Assembly: GCA_011364975.1 (NCBI GenBank)
Contig: RDOE01000001.1
Span: forward strand, 1-64,000
Reading direction: 5' to 3'
Source of the DNA: Promethearchaeota archaeon
Lineage (GTDB): Archaea; Asgardarchaeota; Lokiarchaeia; Sigyniarchaeales; SOKP01
Length of the DNA stretch: 64,000 nucleotides
The notes beneath the pieces are model-generated. The model ran no database searches and had not been told where the DNA came from. It saw only the letters and a list, made by a program, of their open reading frames with translations. Shown piece after piece: positions 58,781 to 64,000 of this stretch; positions within the stretch are counted from its first letter, which is position 1, and each line of letters begins with the position of its first letter. Both the position numbers and the translations under genes were made by a program.

Positions 58781-59899
58781 TTAATCCATAGAAATACGAT
58801 AAGCATTAATGTATCCATTATCATGGCAAGTAATTAGAATGTTTGAAACTTTATCAAATTCAAAATCATTAATACATGAATTGTGATTAATTTGAAATAA
58901 AATTTCACCATTTAACTCGTTTATTAGAAATAATTCTCCCTTTGTACTGCCAACAAGAACAATTTTAATTCCAAACACTTCAATATAATCGATCTTTTCA
59001 ACATTTACGTTTTTTAGGTTCCACATTATGTTAAATTTTTGGTCTAAAGCGATAACTTCTGAGGTAAATTGAATGCTTTGTATTGGAATATTCTCGTCAA
59101 GAAAGTCAAAAGAATAGGTACTTACTAATAATTTATTATTGAAAATATATGGATATGATAAGCTTTTCCAGACATAATCTACCATCATTAGAGTTTTAAT
59201 TTCTTCTTTTCTTTCAAGTTCTAATATATGCAATTTTTTATCATCTCCGCCACAGACAATAAAGTTATCTTTTTCGTCCCTCACATAAGAGATCGTTCTA
59301 ACTTTATTATCAAATTGTTTAAACCAAAGTAAATCACCTTTAAGAGAATCAAAAGATCTAATAGTTCCATCATTACTTGAAGCTATTACTTCAATTTTTT
59401 CAACATTATCCAAGCTTGTGAAAATTATTGCGTCAGAAACTCCTTCCTCAAACAATTGTCCCCATATTAAAGCTCCACTGTATGGATTTAATACACGAAT
59501 ACTTTTATCTAAGGAATAAGCGATTATTTCATTTAAACCATCGTTATTTATATCACTAATTAATATACCACTAATAGATGCACCAAATTGGTGTGCCCAA
59601 TAAGGTATTAATTGAAAATCGTCACTACATTTAAAGATCCTTAATAATCCATCTATTCCACCTAAAATTATTTCCCCTTTATTATCCTTATCGATGTCTT
59701 CAATAATTCCATCCCAAATTGCCATTTTTTCCGCAACAATGTCATCGAGTAGTAAATTACCACTAAGGGAGAATAGGAGTATTTTCCCTGATTTGGTGTA
59801 TGCTAAAACATGTTTTTCTTGACCTTTAATTAGATTTCCTATGGCAATTCCCATTACTTGATCCTTAGTATTGAACTTCCAGAAATTTGTGACTTTCAA
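58781..59899 (-). CDS. beta-propeller protein (FG-GAP/WD-like)
   Basis: DIDKDNKGEIILGGIDG and DINNDGLNEIIAYSLD repeats. Confidence 0.75.
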   Translation of the reverse strand: MKVTNFWKFNTKDQVMGIAIGNLIKGQEKHVLAYTKSGKILLFSLSGNLLLDDIVAEKMAIWDGIIEDIDKDNKGEIILGGIDGLLRIFKCSDDFQLIPYWAHQFGASISGILISDINNDGLNEIIAYSLDKSIRVLNPYSGALIWGQLFEEGVSDAIIFTSLDNVEKIEVIASSNDGTIRSFDSLKGDLLWFKQFDNKVRTISYVRDEKDNFIVCGGDDKKLHILELERKEEIKTLMMVDYVWKSLSYPYIFNNKLLVSTYSFDFLDENIPIQSIQFTSEVIALDQKFNIMWNLKNVNVEKIDYIEVFGIKIVLVGSTKGELFLINELNGEILFQINHNSCINDFEFDKVSNILITCHDNGYINAYRISMD

Positions 59900-60015
59900 G
59901 ATTATTAATTTGTTTTCTAAAAATTTACACTTTTATTCACTAATAATAAAAAATAATACAATTTATTTACTTTTAAAACCTAATTATAATCTAAAAACTA
60001 ATTTTATGATCAAAA

Positions 60016-60449
60016 TGTCCGCTGAGAGAAAGATTGATATATTTTCTGGATTAATATTGTTACTTAGTTTTATCGCTTTTATAATGGTGATAATCGGTCC
60101 TTTTGCTTATGCTTTTATAGGTGGTTATACATATTATTATTCATGCTTAGACTGCGAAAATAGCACTCCTGGTGATTATAGTTCACAAATATTTATCTTG
60201 GTTCTTTTAATTCTTCAAATAATTATTGCTATTAATGAATTACTTCCAAATAAATTCATTAAAAAAGACACTACAAAATATGGTTTATTCATTGCATTCT
60301 TAACATTACTTTTTACTATTGTAGGAATTGTATCTTTTGGAACGGCTTATATTGCTTATGATTGGTGGGCAGATATTGGATTTTATGGACCACTTGTCGC
60401 TGGAATCCTAAACATACTTTTCTCTTATTTCAAACTTAAAAATAAATAA
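60016..60449 (+). CDS. four-TM membrane protein
   Basis: Four hydrophobic helices with CxxC in the first loop; start probably ATG 60016 or 60007. Confidence 0.65.
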
Positions 60450-60635
60450 TTATCTTTATTTTCTTTTTTTATGTCGCAATTATAAAAAGATTTTGTATTT
60501 ATCTTTTTTAGAGAATTATTAAAAAAAAATTATAAAATAAGAAAGAAATTTAAATTTTTTAGACTATTCTCAATCATACTATTAATCATTCATACAATCA
60601 AACAATATAATTAAAAAACAACAAAGGTATGAAAA

Positions 60636-60833
60636 ATGTCATTTGGAATCGAAATTGATAAGGATGCTTGCACTGGTTGTGGTACATGCTACGAGGTTTG
60701 TCCAAGTGAGTGCTTTGGAGAGCCGGAAGGAGGAAAGGTTAACGTTATTGAGGAAAACCGAGATGACTGTGTAGGATGCAGAGCTTGTGAAACTCAATGT
60801 CCAGAAGAAGCTATTACCATTACTGAAGATTAA
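60636..60833 (+). CDS. 2x[4Fe-4S] ferredoxin
   Basis: Two CxxCxxCxxxCP motifs. Confidence 0.95.
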   Translation: MSFGIEIDKDACTGCGTCYEVCPSECFGEPEGGKVNVIEENRDDCVGCRACETQCPEEAITITED

Positions 60834-60906
60834 ATAATTCTTCGAAATATTACCTTTTCATTATCATTCTTTTTTTTATTTTTATAACTAGTTCTTTTTT
60901 ATTGTC

Positions 60907-62874
60907 TTATTTAAGTATTTTAACATTTTCTAATGGAATCCAACCACGTTCCCCCGTTTCTGAACTAACCCAAGCCCAACCACTTTCTTCCTTTTCAATT
61001 GTAAACTCTTGATCCTTAAAGGCTGTCATTTCAGTTGCATCATAATCCTTTAGCATTAAAGCTTTTTTCCCGTCTATTTTTATAAAATTTTTAGGGACCC
61101 AACCTGATTTATCAGAATCAATAATCGCCCAAATCCAACCCGACCATTCAGATTGTTTTTCTTCTACTCTTAAATTATCCCCTTTGTTTAAGATTAAGGG
61201 ATCAGGAAATGATGACACGAAATCCTTTATTACTCTACACCGTCTTTTCTTCATTTTCTCTTCAAAATATTCTTTCAACAAGAAATAAGGTAAATCCCCA
61301 CTTTTGAGAATTGTATCATGAAAGAACTTTAAATTGAAATTATTACCCATTCTTTCTTCCACTTCCCGTCGTAAATCTGCAATTAGGAGCTTTCCAACGA
61401 GATACGACAATTGGTATCCTGGAGTTGTTGTCCATCCCACTACCGCTGCTTTAGCTGCTCCCTCTCCCATTTGGAGTATATTCATTAACATCTTACTAGC
61501 ATCCGCTATTGATCGTTGCTTACAGTGCAATTGGATATCCAATATGATTTCCATTGCTTCCTGTAATTGCATTCCTGATAATAATTGTTGAGTTTTAATT
61601 GGATCATGATGAAATCCTTCTTTTAGCATTAATTCTTCACAATAAAGAGCCCATCCTTCAATAGTTTCATAACTTGGGGACATTTCTAACCCTAACAATC
61701 GGATGAGAGGTGCATAAGTGTTATTGCAAGTAAAATCCAGATGATGACCAGGATAGGCTTCATGAGTCATCCAATAAGATATACTTGTATAAGAATGGCG
61801 TTCCTTTTGTGTAGGAGAGATCATAAAAATTCCAGGTTGTTCTCGATTAAAATAAGGAGGCGCATCATAGGCAGCAAGAGCAATGATTGGTATAAGGTGG
61901 AGAGGAGTTTCAATAATAACTAGCTTCTCTTGAGGGATAGTAGCAAGGTCATGATTTTCTATAAATTCTTTTGCTCGCTCTGCTTCACTCCGAGTGTATT
62001 CAAGCACATTCTCAAACGTCGGTATTAGATCTTCTTTAAAAAACTCTTCAATTCCCTCATTAAGCGTTTTAGTAGGATATCTCTCTTTGAGAATTCGTTT
62101 CATTTGTTTAAATCCAGAGTTAAATAGCTTAGTTCCCTTTTTCATAAGTGTGTTTCGGTCCCAAGGAAGTTTCCTTAAGCTTAATAATTTATCGAATTTT
62201 TCAGGTCCTAAAGCCCAAGCAAATTCATCATTATCTACTGGTAAACTTTTTATCCATTCAATATGGGGCTGGATAACCAAGTTAATCTCTTTAATAGCTT
62301 TTAGAAGTGTATCTTTAAGAGATTCAGCAACTTCTGATGTTTTACTATAAGTTTCAGCCAGAATATGTAAAAATTTAGGAGTTGTTTGTATTTGTTCTAA
62401 AGCTAAATCTCTCCATACTAGTGGGATCGGAGTCTCATCAAAACGAGATTGAAAATCCTTTAAATAATTTGGTAAATTTGTTAAATGGACTATGAGAGCT
62501 TCTGCTACATCGTTAGTTGGGCCCTTTCGTTGGAATAAAAGATAAGCAATTTCTTGAAAATACGCAAATCCATTAGGGTCTTTTTTCCATAAGGGAAATG
62601 CTTCATGCATAAACCGGTTAATATTATGATTGTATTCCATTGCTTTTAGTGAAATTTGGTTTTCGAAATTTAATTTTTCACCGTCTAATTCTTTAATTTC
62701 ATCAATCCATTGACGGAACCATTTAAGATTGTCCTCTATGTGTTCTTTCGTTCCTGATTCTACTACTTTTTCATATTCTTCTTTACCAAATTTGACAGCA
62801 ATTCTAGGATTACGCTTAAAGTACTCTTCTATCCCTCTATTGACTAATTTTTCGAATTTTTGGTTCTCATCCAT
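60907..62874 (-). CDS. DUF885 family protein fused to tandem SH3 domains
   Basis: HEAYPGHH, EGWALY.E, PG..LSY..GK, FHD..L..G; two C-terminal SH3-like repeats (GW.W...GWVP/GWIP). Confidence 0.85.
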   Translation of the reverse strand: MDENQKFEKLVNRGIEEYFKRNPRIAVKFGKEEYEKVVESGTKEHIEDNLKWFRQWIDEIKELDGEKLNFENQISLKAMEYNHNINRFMHEAFPLWKKDPNGFAYFQEIAYLLFQRKGPTNDVAEALIVHLTNLPNYLKDFQSRFDETPIPLVWRDLALEQIQTTPKFLHILAETYSKTSEVAESLKDTLLKAIKEINLVIQPHIEWIKSLPVDNDEFAWALGPEKFDKLLSLRKLPWDRNTLMKKGTKLFNSGFKQMKRILKERYPTKTLNEGIEEFFKEDLIPTFENVLEYTRSEAERAKEFIENHDLATIPQEKLVIIETPLHLIPIIALAAYDAPPYFNREQPGIFMISPTQKERHSYTSISYWMTHEAYPGHHLDFTCNNTYAPLIRLLGLEMSPSYETIEGWALYCEELMLKEGFHHDPIKTQQLLSGMQLQEAMEIILDIQLHCKQRSIADASKMLMNILQMGEGAAKAAVVGWTTTPGYQLSYLVGKLLIADLRREVEERMGNNFNLKFFHDTILKSGDLPYFLLKEYFEEKMKKRRCRVIKDFVSSFPDPLILNKGDNLRVEEKQSEWSGWIWAIIDSDKSGWVPKNFIKIDGKKALMLKDYDATEMTAFKDQEFTIEKEESGWAWVSSETGERGWIPLENVKILK

Positions 62875-63141
62875 TATCTTTTCATCTCATAAAAAAATAT
62901 TGATTTAAAAAGCAGAGTTCTTTATTTTAGATTCAAACCCATATATACATTAAAGTAAAGATATATTTAAATTTTGTAGAAAAATTAATTTTGAAAGAGA
63001 GAAATACAAGAAAGGAAATAATACGTTTTATACGAATCTTCGTGAAACCTCTCTTTCACGAAATTTGATGCATATCCTCTTGATATGGTGATATATCTCG
63101 AAATATTATTTAGATGTTCTAAAAAAAGAAAGAGTTTTACT

Positions 63142-64000
63142 TCAAAGATCAGCACATAAAAAAATTATTAATTCCTTTATATAAATTAAAACTTCTTTTA
63201 ATCGAATATTCTCGTTTACACCATGTTCATTAGAACCAGTGTTTCCTAATCCATGGAAAATTATATCATCGGTTTTAAGGATCTCTGAAACGAATCCCAT
63301 ATCGGTAGAACCAGAAGCTCCTATTATTCTAATCTCATCTTCACTGATTTTTTGAACTTCCATCATAACTTTCTTTAATCGTGTAATATCTGGAGCATTT
63401 GGATTAGTTACCATTGGAGGATACCCCAGATTAAAAGCCACTTTTACATTGAGTAAACTACTTTTAATTTTACCTTTTTCAATAGCTTCCATAATTTCCT
63501 TTATCACATCATCAATGTTTTCATCAGGAATATATCGTCTATTAATTGTTAGAGTACAAAGGCCTGGAACAATGTTAGCTTTGGTTCCTGAATGGATAAT
63601 ATCCAAATTAAACATAGGATACATGTTTCTCTTCTCTCCAGTTCCCAAACGTGGTAATCCGGGAATATTTTTGCTTTCACGCTTCTCAACAATCTTTTTT
63701 AATTTCATCAATTCATTAAGAATAGGAATAGTCTCTTCTAAAGCATTAATCCCCATAAAATTCATTCCAGAATGACAACTTCTCCCTATTGACTCTACTA
63801 CCACGTTTATAGCTCCAGCAGTGCCGATAGGAATAACAGGGATTGTGACACCTTCCATACAGAAGACTGTACCTTTAATATACCCTTTTTCAGCAAGATA
63901 TCTAACTCCTGGCCAAACACCTATTTCCTCATCTGTACAATTTACTATGGTAATATTATACTTTGGAGTTAGATGCAATTTTTCCATAATTTGTAAGGCT
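63142..64000 (-). CDS. M20/ArgE-DapE family metallopeptidase (5'-partial)
   Basis: DEE.G, G.SCHSG...GINA, G.K.NIVP, GSTDM, EHG.NE; runs off the window edge. Confidence 0.88.
   Translation of the reverse strand, partial: ALQIMEKLHLTPKYNITIVNCTDEEIGVWPGVRYLAEKGYIKGTVFCMEGVTIPVIPIGTAGAINVVVESIGRSCHSGMNFMGINALEETIPILNELMKLKKIVEKRESKNIPGLPRLGTGEKRNMYPMFNLDIIHSGTKANIVPGLCTLTINRRYIPDENIDDVIKEIMEAIEKGKIKSSLLNVKVAFNLGYPPMVTNPNAPDITRLKKVMMEVQKISEDEIRIIGASGSTDMGFVSEILKTDDIIFHGLGNTGSNEHGVNENIRLKEVLIYIKELIIFLCADL

Noticed and set aside
1-64000. Selenoprotein genes or SECIS elements near the Sec machinery
   Set aside because: No in-frame TGA within a recognisable conserved domain and no convincing SECIS seen by eye; a dedicated search is still needed.
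1-64000. CRISPR arrays, transposases, integrases, rRNA genes
   Set aside because: No regularly spaced repeats or recognisable motifs were seen.

Overview
AT-rich archaeal chromosome segment, most consistent with an Asgard archaeon of the Lokiarchaeia type. The evidence is archaeal ribosomal proteins, SepSecS/SelB/tRNA-Sec, and Vps28-like, longin, roadblock, small-GTPase and Loki-CTERM-like proteins. The window holds an ABC exporter/CPBP protease cluster with four tandem membrane paralogs, metabolic genes, the L11-L1-L10-L12 operon followed by secY/EMC3, a truncated S10/spc operon (S19 to L15), selenocysteine machinery, a probable cobalamin-uptake locus and three intron-containing tRNAs. The main observation is that the uL11 gene is interrupted by a 28-nt insert (16072-16099) carrying a stop codon and a frameshift. 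The insert folds into a bulge-helix-bulge (BHB) motif, and cutting at the canonical BHB positions restores full-length L11, so it looks like a tRNA-type intron in an mRNA. Also seen: tRNA-Sec with a D-stem intron, tRNA-Ile(UAU) with about three introns, several genes that appear to start at ATT/ATA/ATC/CTG, and a duplicated 54-bp promoter module driving the divergent B12-uptake genes. All calls come from reading the sequence by eye; no searches or folding programs were run.
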